Below are positions 37,166-49,744 of a stretch of 64,000 bases of DNA, piece after piece. A model generated the notes under the pieces. That model did not search any database and was not told the origin of the DNA. It saw only the letters and a program-made list of their open reading frames with translations. Every line of letters begins with the position of its first letter. Positions within the stretch are counted from its first letter, which is position 1. Both the position numbers and the translations under genes were made by a program. Source of the stretch: Takakia lepidozioides (taxonomy: Eukaryota > Plantae > Bryophyta). The stretch covers positions 18,786,001 through 18,850,000 of the forward strand of contig CM060734.1 in the NCBI GenBank assembly GCA_030704615.1, given 5' to 3'.

Positions 37166-39469
37166 GGTCAAGAGACACCATAATTTACCCTTCCTTCCTT
37201 CGGGAGGCGTCATATATTATTAATATTATTGTTGTATTCTATTAGCTTCTAATTAAGTTAGTATTACCTTATATTACCTTCTGATCCTATGATTGGTTAT
37301 GTTTTAGGATGTAATTTTGTCTTAACCTAGAGCTTAATTATGGAGCTTATCTCAAGCTGGCTTGAGCATATGTTGTAGCCTTTATGGTGCATTTCACATC
37401 TATTAAGGGCGAATCAATGAAGATGGGAGTAAACAATTGTTAACAAATAACACTTAATTTTTGCTAGTGTGCACAAGGGAAGTAGGGGAATAAAATTTTC
37501 TTAATAGGAGATGCCTTCTGAGCAATTATCTTCTCAATATGTCTCATCCGATATGGAGTCTCCAATAGTAAGGGCTGTAACAACACGACAACGTAAGCTG
37601 CCTCCTTATCGTGGAGGAGAATATCTCCAAGACGGCCGATACTACTTCGGTGTCGTTGCCGATGACGTCCGATATCCAACCGATACCCCCACCGATATCA
37701 CCAAGTCTGGTTGTTCATCCATCTACCTCTATTGTCGAGCCTATCGAGCATGAGCCGCCGATAGTGGCTGCTGATTACACCCCAATTTTGGAGCCAGTTA
37801 AGGGAAGAGTTAGAGGGAAGTATACTGGTCCGATCTGGGGGGGGATGAAGTAACATTTTAGCATTTCTAGAGGTAACTTTTATCCAGCGGTAAGTAGCCA
37901 ATGTGCAGGTTGTGGTGCAGGCTAGTCATAGATGTGCGGGGGTGGGACATGGGCTGGTGAAAGGAGGGGTCCCACCCAACCTGTTCCACGCCTTCTACCC
38001 ACTCTGCTGGGGCTCACAGTCACGCATTGGTAGGGGGCCTATTTCCATCAAAATGAGAGGTTAGGAGACCAGATATAGTAAAACATTTTCTAATAATTTT
38101 CTTAATATAAAAGTATATTTAGAACATATTTTTTGGAATTAGTTATGAATTCTCAAAATTTCTGTCTAGAGGGGCCAATACATATTTCATAGGGGGACTC
38201 AGAAACAGTGATTTGTTGGTGCCCATGACTCTCAGGTGTGAGACTTATTGCCCTCAGCCCCATGCCCTAATCTTCATATGTACCTATTCTGGCCCTAAAC
38301 CGCTTGCCCTAGGCTATAGGTATTACACATACTTATTTCCCTCAAATCCATGCCCTATCTTCACATGACACCTATGACTTTCTTTTAGCATAAGCATAAC
38401 ATAGAAGAAAGAAATGACATGTCCTCTATAACTGCCCTCCATTAATCACAATTGCACAATCATAAACAACCTTCCCTAATCTAGATTATTAGTATACTCA
38501 ACAATCTATTGTGAACTTATGTTTCGTCTATAAGCGGTGACAACTACATGTGCCAAGGGGTGCAGACACACATGCGCAAATTACAAGTGAGGGGGGGGGG
38601 GGTTATAGGTGACGGGAACGGGTCAACAGTTTGGAATAGGTCCCCTTTCCCTATGGAGGTGAAAGGCCATCCGTCACAGTGCCCAGCTAAAACTAGTTCC
38701 CGATGCATGACCACATTGGACGTTAGCTGCGGTGGCAGGACAACGTCAGTTGACGCGGGTGGGGTGGTACCCTGCGCGATGCGTCGCACGTCATCCGTTG
38801 GATCGTCAAGATCGTTCGATGCGTCGCGGGCTGTCTACGTCTGTCAAATTTGTGACAGTGCTAATCAATGGTTGGAGCATTTGATCCCAGTGGTGCATTC
38901 TTAATCATTTGCATTGGTGCATTAACCACTGCCAGATCTGCTGGGAGTCCATATCCACCGGGGGAACACTCCATCTTGTGCTACACCTCCGTGAGTGTAC
39001 CACGTACATCACAGGCTTGGCTTGTGTCGCAGCATTTGGAAGCCGACAGCCAAGATCCAGTTGGCAGGAGTTTGACAAGACATGAGGGGCGGGGATCCGC
39101 GACATACAGCAGCTGCCAGCTTGCAAAAAGAAGCTGCTTTCCGTCACACCACCCTCTCCTATCCGAATGCCTTCACAATCAGTCCAGGAATCACTCAATT
39201 TCCAGCTTGTACAACTATCAACGTGCCATTTCAGGGGCAGGCTGTACTATGCTGCGCACCACGTGGGACTGGCCGCTATCGAGGAAGAGGGAGGTCTCTT
39301 GTCGTTGTGCGAGATAAAGGTAATTCTGATGAAGCTGTTCCGCTTTCAGACGAACAATACCCGGATGGGAGGTCTGAGGTCATCCATGAGCCCAGCTTGG
39401 CTTGACTAGGAAGTCATCGGGGTCCCAGTTACAACAATCGCTGTTGCGAGAGAGACGGAGGCCAAAGAT

Positions 39470-39508
39470 AGAAAGAGAGAGAGAGAGAGAGAGACTGAGA
39501 GAGAGAGC
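39470..39508. repeat. Interrupted (GA)n microsatellite upstream of the aspartic protease gene
   Basis: GA dinucleotide run about 450 bp upstream of the ATG at 39958. Confidence 0.85.
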
Positions 39509-39957
39509 GGAAGGTGGAAGGGGGAGGCTGCTCGGAGCGGCAGTTGCTGCAATCAGCGGGCGTGTTGAAACTGCAGGCGGTGGTCAGCGCAGCGTGAAGG
39601 CACCTTTTATGGAGCCACAGTGTGAGATGGATCATCCGTCTTGCGGCATTGGCAAAAATACTAATTATCAGTGGCAGCTTGGCAATCGTGGAAACACATT
39701 GAAGGCGAGGGCGACTTCGACGCCGTTGCTGGCTACATGGCACGCCAAACTTCCGTCACCTTCCTCGTCGTTGCAAAAAACAACTGGAGAGCGCACGTCG
39801 GCCGGCTGTGCATCTCTGTTAGATGATGACGTTGCTTTTTCGAGGATTGGTTGCAGTCCGACTATGGGAGGAGCTGCTGATTCATGAGATCATTTGGAGC
39901 CAGATTGGTTTACCTCTCGTTTTCAAGTAGTCGCGTCGTATCTCAACGCATTTCAGA

Positions 39958-42900
39958 ATGCAGTGGTGTCAGAATGGTTCGTCGACTGTGAAGTTTCTCT
40001 CGTTATTACTCGTGTGTGCTTACATGCTTGTTCGCTGCAATGGACACTCATTTAGCATGGAGATGATTCACAGGTTTTCTGACAAAGCGCGGGACATAAT
40101 TAAGGATCGTCATGGAGTGGAATTTGCATCTTGGCCTGCCAAAGGTAGCTTGGAGTACTATCAAATGCTGAAAGATCACGACCAGTCTCGCCATCGTGAT
40201 CGCATTCTTCTCGCGCCAGCCATCATCGCATTCTTCTCGCACCAGCTCAAAATCAGTACACGTATGCCGAGGGGAACATCACTCAGCAGCTATTTGGAGC
40301 GTAAGTTTTGTGCGGAATTTTTTCGGTTCCTCACATTCCTCAAAAATTTCACTCTTTTTTGTGGATGTTCAACATATCCAAGTATGGCCAGCTGGTACCT
40401 CAAGGAAATGTTCAGCGTGCAGGATGCCCCTCCCAGTAAACCTGTTTGTGCACTTTTCTCCAATATTTGCTAGCTAAAGTGAAACTTTCGATCCTACTTC
40501 AGATGTGTAATTCTAAAGTGAAGATGCTAACTCTTTTTATTAGCTTTTCCTGGTAATTGCTAGCTGACATCATAGCTGAGTTTTCCATTGACTTCCGGAA
40601 ATACATTCAGGAGTTGCCCTGTTAGGTGGTCATTGGTGTGCATGTACAATGGCGCAACATCAAACTTATGAGGCTGATTTTCACAGCTTGTAATTCATGA
40701 ACTTTATATGGAAGGTGAGACAAAATGGGACAAATGACTGAATTAGGTAGCCATCCGCAGCAGAGCTCCTCCTTTTTTTTTCCTTTTGGCAGAGCTTTTT
40801 ATAATCTTTGCCTGTTGATGCTCACGCCGTTGAAAACACGCAATAAAAAATCTTCCTAACAGGAGAGTCTTGGGGGATTAAATTGAAGTGTAGTCATCAG
40901 CCTTGTGAACACTTGTACATTCAAGTCAGTTTTTCACAAGAGCCTGGAGATTATTAAGTAAATGTAAGTTTTTAGGTGAATCCTCAAAAGTGGAAGGCCA
41001 GTAATGCTTGGAATGAATCAGAGTACATAGGGATGACAATGTCACAATTTCTAGAAGGAGATAAACTGAAAGACTTGTGTTAGAATCCATTTGCATCTAC
41101 TCAGGAGGCAGCTGTACTTTTTGGAGCAGGTTGCACTACTCTGTTGTGGATGTTGGAACTCCAAATGTATCATTTTTGGTAGCTCTCGACACTGGAAGTG
41201 ACCTTTTCTGGGTACCATGTCAGTGCATTGCATGTGCCCCTACTGCTGCTCCATACTATGCACCTGAAATTGTAAGTTTTCCTAAGCCCCTGATTCCATC
41301 AAGATACCAACTCCCAGAAAACATTCCTCTGCTTCTGCTCACTGAACATAGTAGTGTTTAGCTGTTCCAATCTCCTCACTGAACCCAATAAACTACTCTT
41401 TCTATTTGCAGATGCAAATCTGACCTCGGCATGTCTGATGCAATCCTAGGTGGCCTGAGGATAATTTTGTTTTGAGAATGTTTGAATTCTGAGTATTCTG
41501 AATGCACCTGTATGCCTCTGACTAACTATTGGGTTCACTGGGCAGAACACAAGTTTAAGTGTGTATGACCCATCTGCTTCATCAACCTACAAACCTGTTA
41601 GCTGCAGTAGCAAGCTTTGTGAGAAGGCGAGTACATGCTCCAGCCATGCGGAACAATGCCCCTACGAAATTGATTATGTGTCTGCAAATACATCCACAGT
41701 AGGGAAACTGGTTGAGGATGTTATTTATTTAATTCCGGAGAAAGGTGGACCTGTTATCACTGATCGCATCACTTTCGGGTATGAAGCTCCTGGTGCTGCC
41801 TATAGAGCTTTTTCTGTTTCTTATTCCATCAGATGTTTTCCTGCTTTGAGAGAAAGAAGGAAATATTCCACAGGAGTGTTTGTAAACAAAGAACCTAACA
41901 CAACAAAAGAAAGCCCTAACTTGCTTCATGAAGACAGACTACAATTTGAAGGAACCTGGCAGCTGGAGAGATAGAGAGAATGTACTTATAAGACTTTGTT
42001 TGCCATAGCCTTGTGGCCAAAGACACCACGGAAACATAGGGGATAGGCACTATTTTTGTGAGGAGGTCGCTCCAATAGTATAGCTTACCTTGGTATAAAC
42101 AATTAGTTTGGGCTTTCCAGATATCCTCTAGAAAGCCCTCACACAAGCATCAATCTTCTGTGTGTGAGCAGCCCAAAAGTTACAGCCCAACAGGCCAGGG
42201 CTTTAGGCTCAGCCTCGAGATTTTGAAAGTCGGTGGACAGAGATGCAGGGACCATGTTCTTTAGTTTCCTGGAAAGGGTCACTCTCTGGTGAGAATACCC
42301 TTGACAAAGTATTAGAAAATGGATATCGTCTTTCAGGTTGCCTGCACATTGGGCAATTCCAATCTCCTTTTCCTCTCTGCATCTGTTTATTGTTCAAAGG
42401 TAGGCTCCCCGCCCTGAGTTTAAATTTCAGTCTAGTGCCAAGGGCAGGTAGGCCCGTCAGATCATCCTTAGGGTCCTTGCCGATGTAAGAATGTACTCAT
42501 AAGAGATTGTTTGCCGTAGCCTTGTGGTCATTGACCCCGTGCCCAGTTTGAGCGGAACACAAAGGGACAGAAACTACCTTTGTCAGGGGCTGCCTACGCC
42601 GGTAGTATGACTTACCTTGAAACATGCAATTGATCCGAGTTTTCCAGATATCCTCTGGAAATCCCTTCGCACAAACATCAATATGTTGTGACCCAAAAAG
42701 GGCCTGGGCTTTTGGCTCAGCCACGAGATTTTCGAAGTTGGTAAACAGAGGTACAGGAACAACTCCCTTGATGGAATGAAGAGGGTGTCTCTCTGGTGAG
42801 AGTTCCCAAGACAATGAATGAGAAAGTGCATGTTGTCTTCAGGTCTATGCCCATGTAAGAATGTACTCATATACCTTGTTTGCCGTAGCCCATGTAAGAG

Positions 42901-45900
42901 AGCGCGGGAGTGAGAGAATGGAATGAAATGAAATGGTGCTTTATAACGTCCGCGGGAAGAGAGAGGCCATTGCATGATTATGGAGTTCTAAACCAGGTCA
43001 TCCATGGAGCAAGCAGTGTGGAACCGCACATACACTTGTTAAATGGGCTTTGCTAGTTGTATATGCAGTTTTTGTAGGTGTTCCGAGTGGCAAACGTATG
43101 TAATTTTGGTTCAGTATGAAGCTCCACTTATATTAAGCTGTTAGCTCGGTTCCTTGGAGTGTTGTAATGGATGGTCCTGACACTGCGGAGAACTTTACCA
43201 GCTTGATTCACTCTAGTGTCCACATGGAGACTGTCATTGAATGGTGGTAATCTTCTGCAATGCAGGTGTGGCCAGAACCAGTCAGGCTCATTTTTGCAAG
43301 GTGCTGCTCCGGATGGTCTTCTAGGACTCGGCCTATCAGATATTTCAGTGCCCAGCACACTTGCCAAAACAGGAGCAGTGAAGAACTCGTTCTCCATGTG
43401 CTTCGATCTTAATGGATCAGGAAGGGTTGTGTTTGGAGACACCGGCACAGTCAACCAAGCAAGAACTCCTTTTCTGAAAGTCCAAAATCAATAGTAAGTT
43501 CTAACCTGCCACCTGTTGATCTGCTGACCATTTGGACAATTGTCCTTTCCTGCTGGACCTAATAATGCGCCTAAAAATTGGCTTCCAGCAGGATGAAGTT
43601 CCAAATGTAGCTTCAGAGTTTGGTTCTGTATCCTTGGAGTCTGAGTTCTGTAACAGCCAGGAGTCTAGTCTATTTGTAGATGGTGTGTGAGCAGAGATTT
43701 TCAGTAGATCTTGCAGAGTCAGATGTCTTGCTTTTCATGTGCAGGAAGGTGCTAACATTTGAGCTCACCCAATCTACCGCACAGCCTGAAGATTAAGTTC
43801 TCAACAGGCAAAACTGACTTACAGCTAGTGCTAGCAGCCTGAGCCACATTCGGGTACTGAATTTGGTGGATGAAGGGCACGTGATCAAATCTGCCCTGAA
43901 TAAAAGGTCTTACTGGGTAGGTTTCCCCAGCTCGCGCTTTTGTAGAAGAGTAAACAGAGCAATTCTTAAGCCCCTCTGTGTGTCTGGGCCTTGACACAGC
44001 GTGACCTATTATGTCGAGGTAACCAACATGATGATGGGAGCAGAGAATGTTGCTTGGGGAGGTGCTGCTCTTATTGACACTGGAACCTCCTATACATATT
44101 TGGCCACCTCTGTCTACCAACTTGTGGTTACTAGTGTGAGTCTTCTTCAGCCCTGACTGTTGGCATGAAGTCCAGTTTCTATTGGCAATTGGGTTGTGTT
44201 GTTGTCTTTCTCTAAGGATTCAATGTGGAAGGGAGAGGTTGGCCTTAGGTTGGGATCTGGTTTTCAATGGAGTTTCTTTGCCACTTTGCCACTAATGTCG
44301 TCATTTTCACATCTAAGTAACATATGTGCTGTTCTACCTCAACAGTTTTCATCGCAAGTGAACCTACCGCTGCTCCACGTGAATGGCTGGGATGTTTGTT
44401 ATGCGACAACGTACGTCACTTCCAACCCTCACACTAGTCTGTTTTTTGAAGTATATCATACTGCCAAACAGCTACCCATGTCTTTGCAAGGGTCAGGTTG
44501 GATCTTATGGGTCCTCTTGCTCTAACCTCAAAGGGTCATGGTTATATTGCTGTTTCCTGGACGTCATATTTTGAGCTTGGGAATGTTTCCAGGGATTCAG
44601 ATGTTTAGGATGGATGTTGATGAGATGTTTGTGGGTAAATACTAGCTTAGACCTCACCATGGTGCAACTTAGCCGCGTGATAGCTATAGAGGGAGAAGAT
44701 GCTGGGCCACTGCCAGTACAATAAAAGCTTCCTACCAGCAACCTACGTACTTTTCCTACCAGAAGAAGAAGCTCCTTAATATCTTGTAAATGTTTATGAT
44801 GTTTTGCAGGAGATGGCTCACTGACACATGGTCGATCCTATCTTAACTTGTTGAATCTAGTGAAACAGGATTTTGTGGGTACTCTTGGAGTCATATAAAT
44901 TGCCAGAGGATACTCTAAGAAACCATTTTAGAGGATCACGTCCTTTATTCAGTGTGGCGGCATTTCTCTAGAATGTGATGGAGGAGTGGTCTGCATTGCT
45001 GCAGGGATCCAAATACGCAAATCCCCACCTTTACTTTGGTTTTGGGTGGCGGCCCCACCATGGACATTGTTAATCCAATTCTGGGGGTCTATGACGGAAA
45101 GGTTTTCACTTACGTTTGCAAATTTTAGCAGTTTTGAGTTATCAGACACAATGTTTCAGTTTGTCAAACTGAGAGCTGAAGCATGCCAGAGCAGGCATGT
45201 CGGAAAACGTGGTGGCAAATTACCTCCACATGAAACATCTGATAAAATATTAGCTGCAAAGTATCCTAGTCCCAGAATGATATGGCATGAACCTGACATT
45301 GAGATGTGTATTAGTTCAAATGTCCTATATGTGTTGTTTATACGACATTGGTTCATAGTTGAACATGACCAGTAAATGAACTTGCAACATATTTGTCCTA
45401 CATCTACAAAATATTCACTTCCTTATCACATGTCAGTTGTATGAGAATGTGTGTGATTGATCTGAAACTCTCTGGTCATGCTTTCATTTCAGAGTGGCAA
45501 CCTTGCTGGATTTTGCTTGGCCATCATCAGCGGTGGAGATCTTTCGATCATTGGTCGTACGTTTCCACGCCCTGTCCTTATATGTGAGAGCTTGGTCTTG
45601 ATGTTTTAGTGGTAGTGAGTTGAGTTCTAGGAATTGAAACAAGCCTTCTCCCTGTGAATACTAGTCTTTGCAATGGTCCCCACAAACACTCTCAGTATAA
45701 TCTTTAAAAATCATTCTCAAGTAACACAAATTGATCTGACCATGTGGATCTGACAGAAGCTACCTGTCTCCTTCTACTGTAGACAGTTTTTCTGCTAGTG
45801 TATGGAGTGATATGGAAACGTCGTGGAAATGACATGGAAATGACATTTCTGGAAATGACATTTCTGGAAATGACATTTCCATGAGTTAATGTGGTGTGGT

Positions 45901-46690
45901 GGCTGTGAACAGAAAATTTCCTGGCAAACTACAGTATTGTTTTTGATCGTGAGTCGATGCAATTAGGCTGGCAATCTTCAGACTGTAAGTAACCAAAACC
46001 ATGTTATATGAGTTATTTCAATGCCTAAAAATAACTGCCACAAAGTGATACCCTTGTGTGCAGGCATTGACTTCCCCGCTTGTCAGTGTTCTTCTGATCA
46101 GCTTGAAAGTCGCAGATGCTATGACTGGCAAGTTTATCCATGCAAAAGCTCGTTAGACCTTCAGCCAGTACCTTACTGTTCGGAAAATTCCCAAAAAGAT
46201 GGGATAAAGGGTAAAGGGTGGGTGATGAATATGAAGACATGGTTACAGCTCAGTGACATAACAGTCATGCGAGCTTTCGGTTCGCGACCAGCATTTAGTT
46301 TATTCTGCTTTCACTTGAAGGTGAATTTGGTCTATGGGTGCAGGCTATACGACTGATCAAACAGGAACACCATCAACAACTCCTGCACCGACAACTTCCC
46401 CATCAGCAGCTCCACCAGCCAAAAGTCCTGGAACCAATTCCACTACTCCCACTCCAGCTCCACCTTCACCTGACAAGATATCTCCTCCTCCCAAAAGACT
46501 GTACCCACCACCTCCAGCTGCCCAAGCTCCAGCATCTGGCCAAAGTGCCAATACTTCTACACTGCCACCCCCACCCCCAGCCCCATCCAGTACCACTAAA
46601 TCAACTAGTGCAGCTCAAGCTCTCACTCTATCTTCCATGGTGACAATTTCCTTGACAGTGTTGCTCATTTGTTTGACAAGACAATGTTGA
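39958..46690 (+). pseudogene. Pepsin-like (A1) atypical aspartic protease gene with signal peptide, Pro/Thr/Ser-rich linker and GPI-like hydrophobic tail; exon 1 frameshifted
   Basis: Phase-consistent GT-AG exons: 39958-40300, 41130-41271 (DTGSDLFW), 41546-41778, 43266-43493 (DGLLGLG), 44000-44135 (second catalytic DTGTS), 44346-44410, 45005-45101, 45493-45556, 45913-45984 (NF...VFDRE..LGW), 46344-46690. The only lesion I found is a 26-bp duplication at 40199-40246. Confidence 0.9.
41977..42890 (-). mobile_element. Head-to-tail stack of three LINE 3' ends in intron 3 of the aspartic protease gene
   Basis: Copies begin on the plus strand near 41977, 42483 and 42853 with AGAATGTACT(T/C)ATA...TTGTTTGCC(A/G)TAGCC. 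The minus strand encodes a CPMC..PE...HFL knuckle and GFLEDIWKA. Same family as 2320-3125. Confidence 0.8.
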
Positions 46691-47748
46691 AGATTGCTGC
46701 TTGGCATAGTCTGAATGACTGCCAAGATAAGAGGATATTGCCCTGGTTCGCATTTTACATTATAGCTTGTCAGTGAGGGGATTTCCAAACCATGATATTG
46801 GTTCTTGCAGGAAGGTTGCAAATTACTTGCTCGTTGTTGCTGTGCTGAGACAGCTTTATTTCTTGTTAGTTATTCCAGATTCCGATAGCATTTTTTACCT
46901 TGATGCTTAATCAGCATGAGCTTCACATGATTGAGCTCCATTCTGTCTCCTGGCTTCTGTAAGAAATTTTTCTCTTACAGATTGCTTAGTGCAGACCAAC
47001 CAAGTGTTTTCTCTAAATTAGAACTGAACTAAGTACAGATACGCAGCTTCCCATTGCTAAGTCTTGCGGGGGGCTGTCAGGCAGTTGGTCACAGAAGCAG
47101 CTGTTCTGAAAGGTCAGAGAGGAAGAATAATTTCAGAAGGCTGTGAGGCTGGAACCTTGGCAGCTTCAAGAAAAGAACAGGCAGACAATCAAACCTCTGT
47201 TTTTCAAAGAGCAGAGACATACAGTGGATGCAATCCACTGAAATTCGATTTGTGGCATATCAGTTGACCTTGTGTGTATTGTATCTCTTGTCACCCAGTC
47301 TTTCCGAGTGCTTCACTGCCTGTGTTCTTGGGATGTCAGGGTTTTGGGGTTGATGCAGTGATGTGAGCACCATGTACCAGGAATACCAGAGACAACACAG
47401 TCCCTGTGCGATGCTCAAGTGCAAAGAGTTTAGAAAGGAAACAAGTCAGAACACAGGCACAAGATCCGAAGCTTCAAACATATTGATGGTGTAATATACA
47501 TATTCATTATAAAATTGAAGGACATTCCAATACACGCAGGCAAGAGCTTTGCCTGCTTGCTTCAGCTTGGCCCCCAAGTTTCGAACATGTACAGGACTTC
47601 CTTCTATGGCTGCGCCCCAATTCAGTAGAACAAGGTTACTGAATAATATACAAATCTCCCATCGCCACAGAAGCATTTTCCCTTTGTGTTTGGAGCAGCT
47701 AACTTCACCCCACACAGGCATTGCCCACACAAGAGTCATCCAGACCTC

Positions 47749-49065
47749 CTAAACTACTGACATCCTGGTCAGAACTTGCACAGACACCACTTTGCCATAT
47801 GGAACGTGCAAGTCGGAAATGTGGGGAGGTTGAGAGACCACATCAACAATGCGGAGCACACTCCCCGAGTTAGTAGATGATCTTCCATTCCCTGATGCAC
47901 CAATTACTACGCCACAGAGCTTCCGGCCCAGCTTCATGCTTACAACATTGTCCACATTCCGAAGCCTTGGATCCTCCAGGAAAAGCTTCCACTGATCCTC
48001 CTCAGCGTCATAGATCTTCAGTCGCCCAGCAGACTCATCGAGACCAAAGAATTTACCATTCAGAGCAACACACCGCCCCTGCATCCATCCCTTCCTCAGA
48101 CCCGGGGGCATGTCTGTCCACAATCCCGTGGCTGGATTGTACATCACTCCTACCTTGGAAAACACACCCCTGCCACTCACCATGTACAGCTTTCCTCCTA
48201 CTGTGACTGCATTCATTGCTTCCCCGCTGAACTTGGAAGAGGAGAGACTGCTCAACCCCTGCCACACATCCGCCTCCAAGTCATAAACCTCCGCAGACTT
48301 TGAAAGATCGACATCCCATGCTGTGCCAGATCCGCTGGCAACATATAACTTTTCATCTGCAACTCCACAGACACACCATTTCCTCGGCACCCTGAAGGGT
48401 GAACCCGTTTTCCATTGACAGTGAAGTGCATCGAAAATAAGGAGCTGCTCGAGGGCTGGCTCCAACATCATGCGGGGCTGGTCATGATCCTTCTTCACCC
48501 TGAGGCCGGCAACCATCACCAGCTTGGATTGAGTGCTAGCACATTGGACGAAGTAAGAGACTCCGATGCACCCGGGATTCGACAGCTGGAACTCCATTGG
48601 ATGAGGAACGGGGGGAAGATCATGCCACTTGCAAGCCAACGGATCAAACGCATGCCATTTGAATGCTCCCTCTGCTGTTTGAACGAGGATGTAAACCCAA
48701 TTCAAATCAGCATTCCCATGATGCAGTCGAAGTTTATGGAAGTAGGAATCGTGGGTAAGCTTCTGCCACGCACTGCTTACCCCCTGGACAAATTTGAGAG
48801 GTACCCTCGCCAAACAGTCCAAAGCCAAGTGCTCCGGCAGTCCTGGTAGCAGAGAGCCTGCCTTACCATCCGGCTTTGGGGGATGCTCGTAGTCATGGCG
48901 AGACTCATTGGAATAGTGAAGAGTTCGTGGCCGGCTAATTTTAGGGGTGACCTCCGTTACAGTTCCCATAGATTCTCGTAAAGCTGGAGGAATACAGTCC
49001 ATCAGCTCCCTCTTCCTCTCAATCTTCCCTCTTCTGACAATCTCCACTATTTCTGAAAAACACAT
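47749..49065 (-). CDS. F-box/kelch-repeat protein, intronless and intact
   Basis: 438-aa ORF with a plant F-box signature (LLPGLPEHLALDCLARVP) followed by kelch-type repeats (KLYVASG, AEVYD...W, KLYMVSG, YNP..GLW). Confidence 0.93.
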   Translation of the reverse strand: MCFSEIVEIVRRGKIERKRELMDCIPPALRESMGTVTEVTPKISRPRTLHYSNESRHDYEHPPKPDGKAGSLLPGLPEHLALDCLARVPLKFVQGVSSAWQKLTHDSYFHKLRLHHGNADLNWVYILVQTAEGAFKWHAFDPLACKWHDLPPVPHPMEFQLSNPGCIGVSYFVQCASTQSKLVMVAGLRVKKDHDQPRMMLEPALEQLLIFDALHCQWKTGSPFRVPRKWCVCGVADEKLYVASGSGTAWDVDLSKSAEVYDLEADVWQGLSSLSSSKFSGEAMNAVTVGGKLYMVSGRGVFSKVGVMYNPATGLWTDMPPGLRKGWMQGRCVALNGKFFGLDESAGRLKIYDAEEDQWKLFLEDPRLRNVDNVVSMKLGRKLCGVVIGASGNGRSSTNSGSVLRIVDVVSQPPHISDLHVPYGKVVSVQVLTRMSVV

Positions 49066-49744
49066 TGTGCGTGACGGAATAAAATAGAAATTCTTTTCAG
49101 TCTACCCCTCAGATCTCAGTAGCTCATTCTTTGCGTCCTCCTCGTTCTCCCCTCAACCATGTCTGCCCCCACCCCGCAGTCTACAATCCCTTCATACTGT
49201 GTCTTCTACGAAGTTCCTAATCACAACATCTGAGTTTTGCAGCTAGCTACTGAAGACAACACCCACAGACGACCCTTTCACACAACCCACCTCTTCCTAT
49301 GCTCAACTAGAAGAGTCCTCAGACAGAGCCAGCCAGTAAACCTCACGAACCTCTACCCCACTCAACTCCAGAGTCCTAGCGCTGTGGCCCTCTTCCTCTC
49401 AACTGAGAAGAGCCTGTAGTGAATTTAAAGCTTCCCAGTCTCCTCTCTTGAGGCCGGCGAAGAGACAGCGGCTGTGGGCCTCGTCTAGAATGTACAACCT
49501 ACTCTGACAAACAGTACATTGAATGATTTGGATCCACACGCGTCCTCTATAGTTTTGCCATATTAGATTTTCCCTTTTAGTTTATGCGGCACTTGTCCGA
49601 CACAATCGTGTCGGGTCTTATTCCCAAATTTTCTTAGAATCCTATTTTTGGTGACTTCTTAGCCCCTCGTGATCCGCCGAAAAGGTCTGCCGAAAAGGCA
49701 CCTTACTTGCTACTTCAGCCACTAAATTACAGCAAATCCTGCTA

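Noticed and set aside
38868-39887. Separate gene upstream of the aspartic protease
   Set aside because: Several overlapping ORFs on both strands in GC-rich promoter-like DNA, none with a recognisable motif or splice structure.
41977-42890. Intronic snoRNA cluster or hammerhead-ribozyme retrozyme (local hairpins, CTGGTGAG...GAAA)
   Set aside because: No proper hammerhead helices form, and the minus strand is homologous to the LINE zinc-knuckle 3' end at 2710-3085, which explains the repeats.
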